Source of the DNA: Octopus vulgaris
Taxonomy: Eukaryota
Assembly (NCBI GenBank): GCA_951406725.2
Contig: OX597819.1
Span: 26,102,001-26,166,000 of the forward strand
Direction of reading: 5' to 3'
DNA length: 64,000 bases
Shown: piece after piece, positions 40,440-51,835 of the stretch
How positions within the stretch are numbered: position 1 is the first letter of the stretch
How the letters are laid out: every line of letters starts with the position of its first letter
The notes under the pieces: model-generated
What the model was told of the DNA's origin: nothing
Database searches by the model: none
What the model saw: only the letters and a program-made list of their open reading frames with translations
Translations under genes and position numbers: made by a program

Positions 40440-41648
40440 CTTGACTCTTACGCTCCAGTTTCACAAATAAATCCAAACTGTTTAGTATTTGAATGTAACA
40501 TTGTAATCTTAAGCGTTAACATTTAGGCTTTGAATCAACTATTCAATTGAAAACTTTTAGTTCGATAAAAATTGTTCCTTAAATAATTTCAATTACATTT
40601 AAATTTTGAATAAAAAGCACTCTGTTCTGTTGAAAAAATAGAATTTGAAAGAAAATCTTAGTTATTTAAGGTTTTTGAATTTATCGCCGATCACAATGTC
40701 CATTGAAAAATATTTTGCAAAACCTGCTTTTTTTTTCATCTCATATTTAAGCAATATATATTACAGGAAAGTATCTAAATAATAATTGTGAAAAAAAAAA
40801 CGATAATTCCCTAGAGTTAAAGTCATAAGGAAAATATTTTTCAGAGTTTTTGATGTTGATTCATATCCAAAAATTTATTAAATATTTCGGTATTTTATTC
40901 CTTCCTGATACAGTTCTCACAGCTAAGCATATATATTAGCGGCATATGATATAGAAGAGCATTTCTTAAAATGGGCGTCCAGTACCTTCAGCGGATAAGC
41001 TTCAGCGTTATAATCCTGTAAACACGAGAGAGATATATTACCACTAAGCAGTGCAGTGTCAGTGAAATATTAAGCTAAGACTGGTTTAATTTGAATTTAA
41101 AATGATGCATTGAGTCGGTAGATTCCAGCATTTTTTCTATTTGAATTTTCTGCCATAAATGTCGACGTAATATATTGGATAAATATGCAAAATAACCATT
41201 TAATGATCATCATAAACTTTCTAAATCTTGCTGCATTTCAAATGGATCATTTGGTCCTCCAAATTGACCTACCATTTTTGGCTATAAATTTTGGTCTGAA
41301 TAATTCGACTTCTATGCTGAAAAATTCTGCATGAATGAAACGATTTAACAGGATCTTGATTTGGACTGCAGCTAGATCACGTCTCCTAAACAGCGTCTTT
41401 TATCGAGTAAAGATTATATGAAACTTTTCTTTTATGCCTTTAATGTTTCCGCCATTAGACTGCAGCCGTGCTATGACATAATGAAATAATTAATATATGA
41501 AATAATTAATATAATATACAAAATATATATATATATTTTATATATTTTGTATATTATATTAATTATTTTTATTTCTATGTTTTTGTTTATGTTTTTCATT
41601 GTTTGATTTGCCTAATAGTGGTTTTATCTCTAATTTAATTTATATTTG

Positions 41649-41690
<42 letters not shown>

Positions 41691-43099
41691 CAAGGTTGGC
41701 CAAAAGTCACTCAACAGTAGATCAAACATCTATAGATAATATCTGTAATTCTCTATTGATTCGAAACGAAGAATTTATCGCTCAAAGAGGACTTCACTTT
41801 AAACAATGTTCGTATGTATGTGTATATATATATATATATATATGCTCAGAAGTCTTTGATCGGCCCGATGTTAAAGAAGAAGACACTTGGCTAAGGTAGC
41901 ACTCAGTGGGATTGAACCCAGAATGTTGTGGTTAGGAAGCAAACTTTTTTACCACACAAATACGTGTGAAACAAAAATGTTGGAATACCAAACATTAATT
42001 AAATAATATTTTTTTCCACTGAAGCACTGTACCGTTTCTATCAAATCAAATTTAGCTGAAATATTTAGTGAATACGTGGTACTTATTATCTAGTCACACA
42101 GTCGTTTGTGATTGGTGACAATATTTTATGGCATACTCAAATGTTGCGCCGTCTTACTCTCTGTAATTTTATTTCTAATTTCGGTTTAATTACCCTACCA
42201 TGTAGGTAATGGCATAGTTGATTAAATCAAACCTCTAAATTGCTATCCAGCTGACCGTAAAATTGATTTAGTTTATCCTTATCTCAAATATAGGGTATTT
42301 CATAAGCTGAAAGTAGAAGTTGTAGTATCAAGCACTACAATACATCGCTTGGGACTTTAGTTCTGAATCCGTAAAGTTCCTTTACTGCATCAAATATGCT
42401 GTTAACATTATCTCTCCTGCATAAATTAGGTTGTTGATATTAACTCTTCTGCATTAAATATGTTAACACTGAATATGTTACACTAGCTAATCTGAATTAT
42501 TCCAGCTCGGATATATATTGCCTTTTCTGTATCAGAAAAGGCAATATATATATAAGGTGGGCTTTACTAAGTCGCTCAATTTATTCGAAATCACTCTCTT
42601 TTTAAGAAAAGTACCGCTTCAAACACAGTGGGGATAATGAAGCCCATAGTATACTTATATAAATGTATATAGTACACTTATATACATAGTACAATTATAC
42701 AAATAAATAACGAACATGAATGACATAACTGAAGGAACAACATGTATAATTGACATAGTTCTAAATATCTATTAGCATTTTTTTTTTATTTCATTAGAAA
42801 TATCTGTAATTGCTAATGATTAGTATACCATTAGAGCTTCGTTCTTTTTGCACACCAACATTATAGGTTTGGCATTCTAATTAAATGCGTTTAAAACTGC
42901 CATTAAACGTTGAAGAATGAATTAGAAAAGTAGTTTCCATCAATTTTCCAGATAATTAATAGTGATTTGTTTTACTACCTATCACAAGAAACCACATCTT
43001 TAAAAAATGTGTCCTGAAATAAATCTATGTTCCAAGTTTTGACCGTTCCGCATATGTGTCTTCCCAGGTAATGTGTTCTTAACACTGCATCATTTAGTC

Positions 43100-43236
43100 C
43101 AGTGCTCCACAACCGGTATGGTAGGTGTGCCGTGGTGTAACTTGAATATCATTTTTTCCTTATACTTTTAGTTGTAGTTTTGGTTCAAGTGTGCCGCTGA
43201 ATTTTGAAAAGAATATACGTACATTGCGAAGCACTC
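43100..43236. mobile_element. Possible small hAT (Charlie-like) MITE remnant
   Basis: Ends cagtgctccacaac and attgcgaagcactc are imperfect inverted repeats; gtgtgccg occurs twice inside. No clean 8-bp TSD. Confidence 0.3.
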
Positions 43237-44132
43237 TATTCTAGATTCTAATCTCATATACCGTTATTATTCTTTTACTCATACGTTACATGATAACTTT
43301 AACTGACATATATATTAAGCTGACCAATTTCAGAGAGGACTCCCAGCTAACTCATCTAATATTTTGTTCGATGGACTCTATGTGATAGTGAAAGAAAGAT
43401 GAGTAATGGGCAATTAATAATGATGTTTATTTCAATTAGTTATATTTTAACACATCTAAAATTTTATCAGCATAGACATATCACAGTCATTTACATTCTT
43501 TTGATATGGTCGGTACCAAATTGAATACCGTTACGCATTTTTCTTCATTTATTTAATGTTCTCAATGCCATGCAAACAACCTTTAGGCATAAATATATTA
43601 AACTATATTAAATTATATCAAACTTTATAATTCCTTTCTTTATTGTAAAATGTTGTATTTTAGCTCCAGGTCTACTCTGATCTATCGTTTCTATATTCAA
43701 AAGATATTCCGACCATGAATGTCTTATCGTTATTTTTTTCCTTTCCGGTTACCATCTAACTAGGATTACATTATAAAATATGTGCATTTCTAAGAATGTA
43801 AGGAAGATATTAAGGAGCTGTAACCGATGTGACTCACATACCCAGCTGCTATGCATTCGTATGTCATAATTAATGAAATATGAGGTAAAATATTCCAGAG
43901 GTAACAATCTGGTTATTTATTCATACCACATTATCTTTTCAATATTGCATTATTCAGTGTAGTATTATATATATACATATATGTTAGTGCGCATGTGAAA
44001 ATTGCAGGTAATGTGCTGTAATCTAAAATGCAAATATGTTATATCCGCCTCTATAAGGACTGGCTATAAGCAATGTATCAAGCTAGCTTGTACATATATG
44101 ATCAAGCAAGTGGTATCAGGTCAGAGAATGAC

Positions 44133-44167
<35 letters not shown>

Positions 44168-44184
44168 CCTTTGAGCGAGGTTTA

Positions 44185-44400
44185 CACTATCGTGAAGTAT
44201 ATTTGCCACCTAAATGTGCCTAACCCTTAAGGGTGGATGCTACTGTAGCTTGTACCCCCAGAAGGACACCTCCTCCAACTGAGTGTGTCAATAGCCATCT
44301 GGAGGAGGTGTCCTCTTGGAGCTAGAAGCTACAGTAGCATCCACCCTTACACCCTCAAGAGTTAGCCACATTTAAGTGGCAAATATACTTCACAATATTG
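44185..44400. mobile_element. Fold-back MITE-like element
   Basis: Arms about 44185-44277 and 44300-44400 are reverse complements with scattered mismatches and one indel. No hammerhead core seen. Confidence 0.75.
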
Positions 44401-44929
44401 CTTGTCTGTTTAAACTTTTACTCGCTCTTTCTCTCTGTCTTTCTCTCTTAATCTGTGTATATATATGATATACATATACGTGTATATAATTGTATATATA
44501 TGTGTATATATATATGTGTGTGTGTGTATGTTTATATATATATATATAATTATATGTATGAATGTGTGTATGTAACTATGTATAAATATTAATTGTGTAT
44601 GGTATAATATTTGGGAAGTTTTGCAATTAACGCTAGCATGTCAAGTGAATATTCAGAAGTCCGATCTGTTGTGAGTTTGAATACTGATTGTTTCCCTTGT
44701 ATTGCAAAACAAGCCATTTTGAAGGAACTTATAAATCAATGGCAAAAACTTGATACTTGCATAGCTCTATACATTATCGCATATCGAACGATAAAAGGCA
44801 TAGTTTTTGAAGGTAGAATTTAAACTCAGAACTTAATGATTCGAAGCATATAATGTAGAACACATTTGGAAACGCTTTAATTATACCGATCATTTTCCAC
44901 GTTAGATCTTAGAAGAATTTTTCAAATTT

Positions 44930-45245
44930 TGAGGGGCGGAGGTAATTCGACTAAATTGTCCTCAACTAGTACTTATTTAACCGACCCCAAAAGGTTAAAA
45001 GCCTGAGATATGTTCGGGAGATTTGACCCCGAAACTTAAGGGGCAATTTGGGCATAAGCTCATGGTGGTGAGGAGCTCAATCGAATAAAACGATACCAGT
45101 GTTCAACTCGTGCTTATTAATCGATCACATAATGATGAAAGGTAAAATTGACATCGGCGGAATATGAATGCAGAACGCAAACACGGACGAAATGCCTCTA
45201 AGCATTTTGCCCGTCGTTTAAACTATTTTGCCAGATCGCTTACTT
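44930..45245 (-). mobile_element. Degenerate family C SINE remnants (two central blocks)
   Basis: gatgaaaggtaaaattgacatcggcggaatatgaatgcagaacg and agtacttatttaaccgacccc match family C. Confidence 0.6.
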
Positions 45246-45897
45246 TGGCTTAATACTGAAATTAGATCTTGAACGAAAAATGGGATTCAAATGTTGCAAT
45301 ATAATATAAGGGCATAGCTTATACTATTTTTATACATCCCTATAATAAACAAATGTAGTGTTTAATCGAAATATGTTCTCCGACCATAAGATGAATGTTT
45401 TATTCCCTGTCAAAGGTGAAATAATTGTAAATTCGAAACGCTGCCTTGAAACAATATGCAGATTTGATACACCCATATAATAATGAGGTTCGAACATGAT
45501 TGATTGCGTTCTGCTTACACATTCTGCTGATCTCTAATCTAATAGAAACGAGAAAAAGCGAATGCACGAACACTATTAGATCATAAAAATCACCATTATT
45601 GCCGATGGTGAATTCTGTTGTCAATATTTTATCAGTGGATATGTTACAACGATTCGAATGCGAGATCATTAAATATGGGTCAGGTTATGGTTGAGAGAAA
45701 ATAAAAGGTTATCAAATCAAACTACTCTTTCTTATTAGCATCACAGAATGCTCGGAATGTGTAGCCATGCTATTATAAACAGTATATAGAAAAAATATGG
45801 GGTTAAGATTATTCAACCAAATTAATTTTGTTCTACGTTGTGTAAGATATAACTTTTTGACAAGCCACTCGGTATTACTATCTGTCTATACTTATGC

Positions 45898-45942
<45 letters not shown>

Positions 45943-45959
45943 CATACACACACAGTAAC

Positions 45960-46125
45960 TTAGTGGTTCCGCAAAACTAACACATCGGTTCTGCGAAAGA
46001 GACCATTAGAATAAGTATTAGGCTTACGAAGAACATGTTCTGAGGTTGATTTGTTCCACGAAACGGGTGCTTCAGCATGGCACAGTCGAAATGACTGAAG
46101 CAAATGAAAGAATACGACGAAAGAA
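45960..46125 (+). mobile_element. Family A SINE tail fragment
   Basis: agagaccattagaataagta...cagcatggcacagtcgaaatgactgaa. Confidence 0.65.
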
Positions 46126-46139
46126 AGAATATAACATAA

Positions 46140-46172
46140 ATATGTTATAATTATATATATATATATATATAT

Positions 46173-46219
<47 letters not shown>

Positions 46220-46592
46220 TACATATATATATCATACATATATATATAATATATAATATATATATATTATATATATAATATATATAGATATAATATATAT
46301 ATATGTAATATATAAATGTATATATATATATTATAGATATATATATAAATGTATATTATGTATAAATATTACATAGATATACTATATATTCATATAATAT
46401 ATATATATAAATATATATATATACAATATAATACATATACACAATATATATAATATACATATATCTATTCACATATTATAATATATATATAATATATATA
46501 TACTATACCTACACACATATATACACATATATATTCATATATATATATATACATACATATTCACACACACACACATATATATATATATATTA
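46140..46592. repeat. Degenerate TA-rich microsatellite
   Basis: Visible low-complexity run. Confidence 0.9.
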
Positions 46593-46596
46593 TAAT

Positions 46597-46993
46597 TACT
46601 CTTTTACCTGTTTCAGTCATTTGACTGTGGCCATGCTGGAGCACCACCATTAATCGAGCAAATCGACCCCGGGACTTATTCTTTTGTAAGCCCAGTATTT
46701 ATTCTATCGGTCTTTTTGCCGAACCCCTAAGTAACGGGGACACAAACACACCAGTATCGGTTGTCAAGCAATGCTAAGGGGACAAACACAGACATACAAA
46801 CACACACAAGCATATATATATATATATATGCGACGGGCTTCTTTCTGTTTCCGCCTACCAAATCCACTCACAAGGCTTTGGTCGGCCCGGGGCTATAGTA
46901 GAAGAGACTTGCCCAAGGCGCCACGCAGTGGGACTGAACCCGGAACCATGTGGTTGGTAAACAAGCTACTTACCACACAGCCACTCCTGCGCC
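46597..46993 (-). mobile_element. Family A SINE, full length
   Basis: Reverse complement of 8852-9302. Confidence 0.9.
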
Positions 46994-47841
46994 TTAGTAA
47001 AAATTATTTAGTAAAAAATTCGTAATCTTTACTTACACCATTTCTATTAGAGCTAAATGGGTAAATTAAAATTTGATTTTGTAACTCTTGACGCATACAT
47101 AACAAATTTCATATCTCCTTCTTTACGCTCCTTGTAATTTACCTATAATATAATAATGGAAATGGCTGTAAGAATTAAAGATTTACCAATTTTATAATGA
47201 TAAATATTTAACTCTCCATTTTTCCTTCATTTAACTGAACATGAACTTTATTCTTAATATATACCCATTGATTTACAGAAATTTAATTTCCCAAGATTAT
47301 TAAGTATATAACCCTTCTTTTCTTGGATACAACGATCACTGTTTACGAGGTTAACTTATCCTGTAAGCAACTTTAATAGTTAATAATCAATATTTGTTTA
47401 TTGCCCTAGTAATAAATAAAAAGGATTATACTGCTAAAATGGAGAGTATAGAAAGTGATACATCTTTAAGAGATGTACATATTCCACCCAAGAAAGAATA
47501 TATAAAGGACATAATAACTAAATCTAATGAATTTATCCATTGACTCCGAAGGAAAACTTTTCACTTTGACAAAACACAAGGTTCAATAAATATATTTATA
47601 TAGGTAACCGGAATAAATTACTAGAAACTTTGAAACCAAGAGAATCTCGCAAACTTATCACCATCTTCAACCATTCGAACAAGAACTATGGACTATAATC
47701 AAAAATATTTAATTTCCCAAACATCCACAAAAATGTGCACCAGAAAACACCATACGGATTTCATAACGACAAAACAATGTGCATAACATCAACCAGTATA
47801 ATGAACTTCAAGTCACGAAATGATAAAAACTATCAAATATA

Positions 47842-48223
47842 GGCGCAGGAGTGGCTGTGTGGTAAATAGCTTGCTTACAAACCACATGGTTCTGGGTTCA
47901 GTCCCACTGCGTGGCACCTTGGGCAAGTGTCTTCTACTATAGCCTCGGGCCGACCAAAACCTTGTGAGTGGATTTGGTAGGCGGAAACTGAAAGAAGCCC
48001 GTCGTATATATGTATATACATATGTGTGTGTGTGTATATATGTTTGTGTGTCTGTATTTGTCCCCAACTTCGCTTCACAACCGATGCTGATGTGTTTATG
48101 TCCCCATAACTTAGCAGTTCGGCAAAAGACCGATAGAATGAGCACAAGACTTACATACAATAAGTCCTGGGGTCGATTTGCTCGAGTAAAGGCGGTGCTA
48201 CAACATGGCCACATTCAAATGAC
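47842..48223 (+). mobile_element. Family A SINE, tail clipped
   Basis: Colinear with family A up to caaatgac. Confidence 0.9.
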
Positions 48224-48341
48224 CCTAAGTAAGGTGTGTGTAAAATTTGAATGAAATTGGTTGTGTAGTTCTCAAGTTTTAGGGAAACAGACAGACAGAC
48301 AGACAGGCAGACACACATTCTCAGTTTTATATATATAAAGA
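48224..48341 (-). mobile_element. Helitron 5' terminal fragment
   Basis: Minus strand TCTTTATATATATAAAACTGAGAATGTGTGTCTG(TCTG)n, like the 5' ends at 11401 and 24361. Confidence 0.7.
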
Positions 48342-48466
48342 TAACTAATTTCAACGGATTTCGCCCAAATTTGACTTCTATATTACTTAGTTTGGTTTGA
48401 AATAAAGAACTTGATTAGCTTAATAATCGTAACTTAATCCCGGGCAAGGCCGGGTTATACTGCTAG
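48342..48466 (+). mobile_element. Helitron 3' terminal fragment
   Basis: Hairpin cccgggcaaggccggg then atactgCTAG|T (48463-48466). Confidence 0.7.
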
Positions 48467-49049
48467 TATACAGTTATTTAAAATTTCTTCAACTTATTGG
48501 CATTGATTGATTAATTTTAGTCGGTATGTTCTTTTATATATGTAAAGGACTATGAATGTTTATGTAAATACACGTTTATATATACATATATCTCATAATT
48601 GGATATTTTACTTCTGTTATTTTTTTTTTTTACTTTTATAATATTTAATTTAAATTTTCTTCATTATATTTTATTTCCATTTTTACTTTATTTAATTTTT
48701 TTTTATTCTATCTTATTCTTTACTTTATCTTCTCACCCGTTATATTGTAACTGATCTGTTAACCCTTCACCCACACATAACAATAAAAAGTCACAACTCC
48801 TTATTGAATCTGCTTGCATGAATGGAAAGGGTCACACGTAATATCTTAATGTAGATATTGTTCTAATGATGTTATGCTCAAAACATATAAACTGAAATTT
48901 TAAAGCATAAATTTGTAATTTACCTGTTGAGTACTACTGAAAACGACTGTAAATTACCAATACTTATAGCTATTATCTTAACTTTCCATTTTCTTTCCTC
49001 ATTTAACTGACCATGAAGATTCCGAGTTCAATTCCAGACAGTACCTTGA

Positions 49050-49107
49050 ATAAATAATAATAATAATAATAATAATATTAACAACAACAACAAAAACAAC
49101 AACAATG

Positions 49108-49170
<63 letters not shown>
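49050..49170. repeat. (TAA)n/(CAA)n microsatellite
   Basis: Visible tandem run. Confidence 0.95.
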
Positions 49171-49209
49171 AAATAAAATTTTTAAATTAAAAAAAAAGAA
49201 GGATAATAT

Positions 49210-49356
49210 CAGCAAAAATACCTTAGGAATGAGAACCCAGGGTTGGGTTCAAATTTCTACCAAGGCACCTGATAAACACTGGAGAGTAAATCAGCCGAAA
49301 CATTGTGATAACAACAAACAAGATGAGAACAAATATCCCTCTCATGTAAATAATGA
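49210..49356 (+). mobile_element. Repeat with a degenerate hammerhead-like motif next to (TAA)n
   Basis: cac-CTGATAA-acactg...cagcc-GAAA-ca-tt-gtg at about 49266-49308. The core is mutated. Confidence 0.4.
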
Positions 49357-50269
49357 CTTTATGCCAGTCTAAGCTTTGTAGACTGAAGAATTCACTGTAG
49401 TGCATCTAGACACAACAAATTTCCTGTTGATAGGAGAGGCAAAACTGTTATATCATCAGTAACATCTAGCAGTCAGGTGGCTGTAGAAAGGCAGAATCGA
49501 TAGGGAGGAATGGATAAAATACCGCTTCATATTTCCCACACTGCTGAACTTTGACTCTGTTCTTTCTCAATGTCAATAAAATAAGTAATACTCAAACTAT
49601 GTGATCGATTACACGACCTCACTAGAAATATGAGACCTTGTCACCCAACTCTCAGGTATACTACCACACTCGTTGGAGTAAAAGGGAAAATATCTTGTCG
49701 TTAACTACTTCTCAATATCTTCCCAGTTCACATCCTAACAACTTCAAATTTGTCTTTCATCCATCTTGGGTAGATAAAGTTAGGTTCCAGGTAATTACTG
49801 GAGAAATCTATTTCATTGTAACTAAATTAGAAATCACAATTATCTTTCATTTGTCCCAGTCATTAAACGCATTACTTGAACAAATCGTTCCCTGTACTAA
49901 CTTTTTAAGTTTAGTATTTATTCTATCAGCGACATTTGCCTAGCCTCGAGGTTACGAGGACGTAAGCAAACCAATACCAGTTGTCAAATGTACGGGTACA
50001 AACGCAAAGATAAGTATAAATAGAAAAACTTAAGCGCGCGCATGTGTGAATGTACTTATATTTTGAATATAAAAACCTTTCCATGTACCAATATGTATAA
50101 ATACATGAGGTGGTCAATTTATATTCAAGGTATATATAAACTTATTTAAGCATTTTTCTATATTAACACGTCGGTAGGCATATGAGTGTTATTATATGTG
50201 TCGATTTGTTTTTCTATTTCTGACTTTTCACTTAATCTAAAACTGTATGCAATATCTATGGCTATTCAT

Positions 50270-50317
<48 letters not shown>

Positions 50318-50332
50318 GTATATATATATATA

Positions 50333-50737
50333 GGCGTAGAAGTAGCTCTGCGGTAAGTAGCTTACTTACCGACCACATGGTTCCGGGTTCAGTCCCACTG
50401 CGAGGCACCTTGGGCAAGTGTCTTCTTCTATAGCTTCGGGCCGACCAAAGGCTTGTCACTGGATTTGGTAGGCGGAAACTCAAAGAAGCCTGTCGTATAT
50501 ATGTATATATATATGTATATGTGTGTGTATATTTGTGTGTCTGTGTTTGCCCCCCCCCCAACATTGTTTGACAACAGATGCTGGTGTGTTTACGTCCCCG
50601 TAACTTAGCGGTTCAACAAAAGAGACCGATAGAATGAGTACTAGACTTACATAGAATAAGCCCTGGGGTCGATTTGCTCGAGTAAAGGCGGTGCTTCAGC
50701 ATGGCCAAAGTCAAATGACTGAAACAAATAAGAGAGT
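50333..50737 (+). mobile_element. Family A SINE, full length
   Basis: Colinear with 8852-9302. Confidence 0.9.
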
Positions 50738-50744
50738 ATATATG

Positions 50745-50910
50745 CCACTACACACATTTTTCTCTCCTTGTTTTTCCTGTGTCTCTTTCTGTAGAAGAGC
50801 GTAGGCTCGAAACATAAATGACTTTTTCTATTCCTGAGAGTTATACTAATACATCTGTTTGTTTTGTACACCACCTTTCTTCGTCTTTTGTTTCTTTCGT
50901 AAATTCTCCC
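50745..50910 (+). mobile_element. Second copy of the Penelope-like repeat at 17048-17242
   Basis: gccactacacacatttttctctcc...ctgtagaagagcgtaggctcgaaac...aatacatctgtttgttttgtacaccac. Confidence 0.7.
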
Positions 50911-51489
50911 TATATATATATACACACATACACATATATATAAGTGTGCGCGTGCGTGCGTATATAATGTGTGTGTGCAAATTTATATGTATGTTTACGT
51001 TCTTATTTCTTACTTTATATATTTGATAAGGAGATGTCATGTTGCATTGAGAACAATTATTTCAAATTACTATTCTATTACATTAGATTAAAAAAACAAA
51101 CTTTCCCAACTATTTTATATAGCAATTATCCAGTGAGGCACGTGCAGCAATTGTTAAACTATTAACCCAGAATGTCGTTGCCTTAATCAAATAAGCCTGT
51201 TCAATCATTATAGACAGAGAGGTTTCTGTATATGCTCCAATTTGTAAATTAACTTTCAGTCTTCTATGTATTTCGAAATTGCTTACTATTTTCATTCAGT
51301 TTTCTAGTTGCCGTTAGTGGATTCTACTCCGTTGCAAGAATTCGCAAAATCGGGTTTTGGGAGCAAGGATAGATTATTAGTCGTGGTTAATTCTGGTCTA
51401 CCGAAAAGACACCTGTGGGCCTACCCTTCCTTCTTCTATCAAGGTGTGAGTCAGTAGAACAAATATTTATTCTAATTAATTCTATGATC

Positions 51490-51835
51490 TATGTTCAGTC
51501 CTACTGTGTGACAGGTTGGGCAAGTGCCTTCTTGGGTCGACCAAAGCCTTTTTAATGGATTTGGTTAGCGGAAACTGAAAGAAGCTTCTAGTATGTGTGT
51601 GTGTGTGTGCGTGCGCGTGCCCATGTATGTTCCTTGTGTCTGTGTCAGCCCGCCCACCATCGCTTGACAACCGGTCTTTGTGTGTTCCCTGTAACTTAGC
51701 GGTTCGGCAACACGTTGACAGAGTAAGCGCCACGCTTAAAAGATAAGGACTGGAGTCAATCCATTCGACGAAAATTGAAGACGGTGCCCTAGCATGGCCA
51801 TAGTCGAATGGCTGAAACAAATAAAAGAATAAAAA
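51490..51835 (+). mobile_element. Degenerate family A SINE
   Basis: Diverged but colinear body and tail. Confidence 0.75.

Larger units (their letters stand above)
47130..49020 (+). mobile_element. Possible highly decayed Penelope-like retroelement, interrupted by SINE and Helitron pieces
   Basis: TLLFLDTTI at 47311-47337 resembles the LPFLD motif at the end of Penelope RT. Diverged direct repeats at about 47132-47247 and 48913-49018. Confidence 0.3.

Noticed and set aside
41688-41720. caaggttggccaaaagt resembling a Tc1-type terminus
   Set aside because: No matching opposite terminus was found.
46771-47025. Recurrent peptide RASFSFRLPNPLTRLWSARGYSRRHLPK in many ORFs
   Set aside because: Antisense translation of family A SINE copies.
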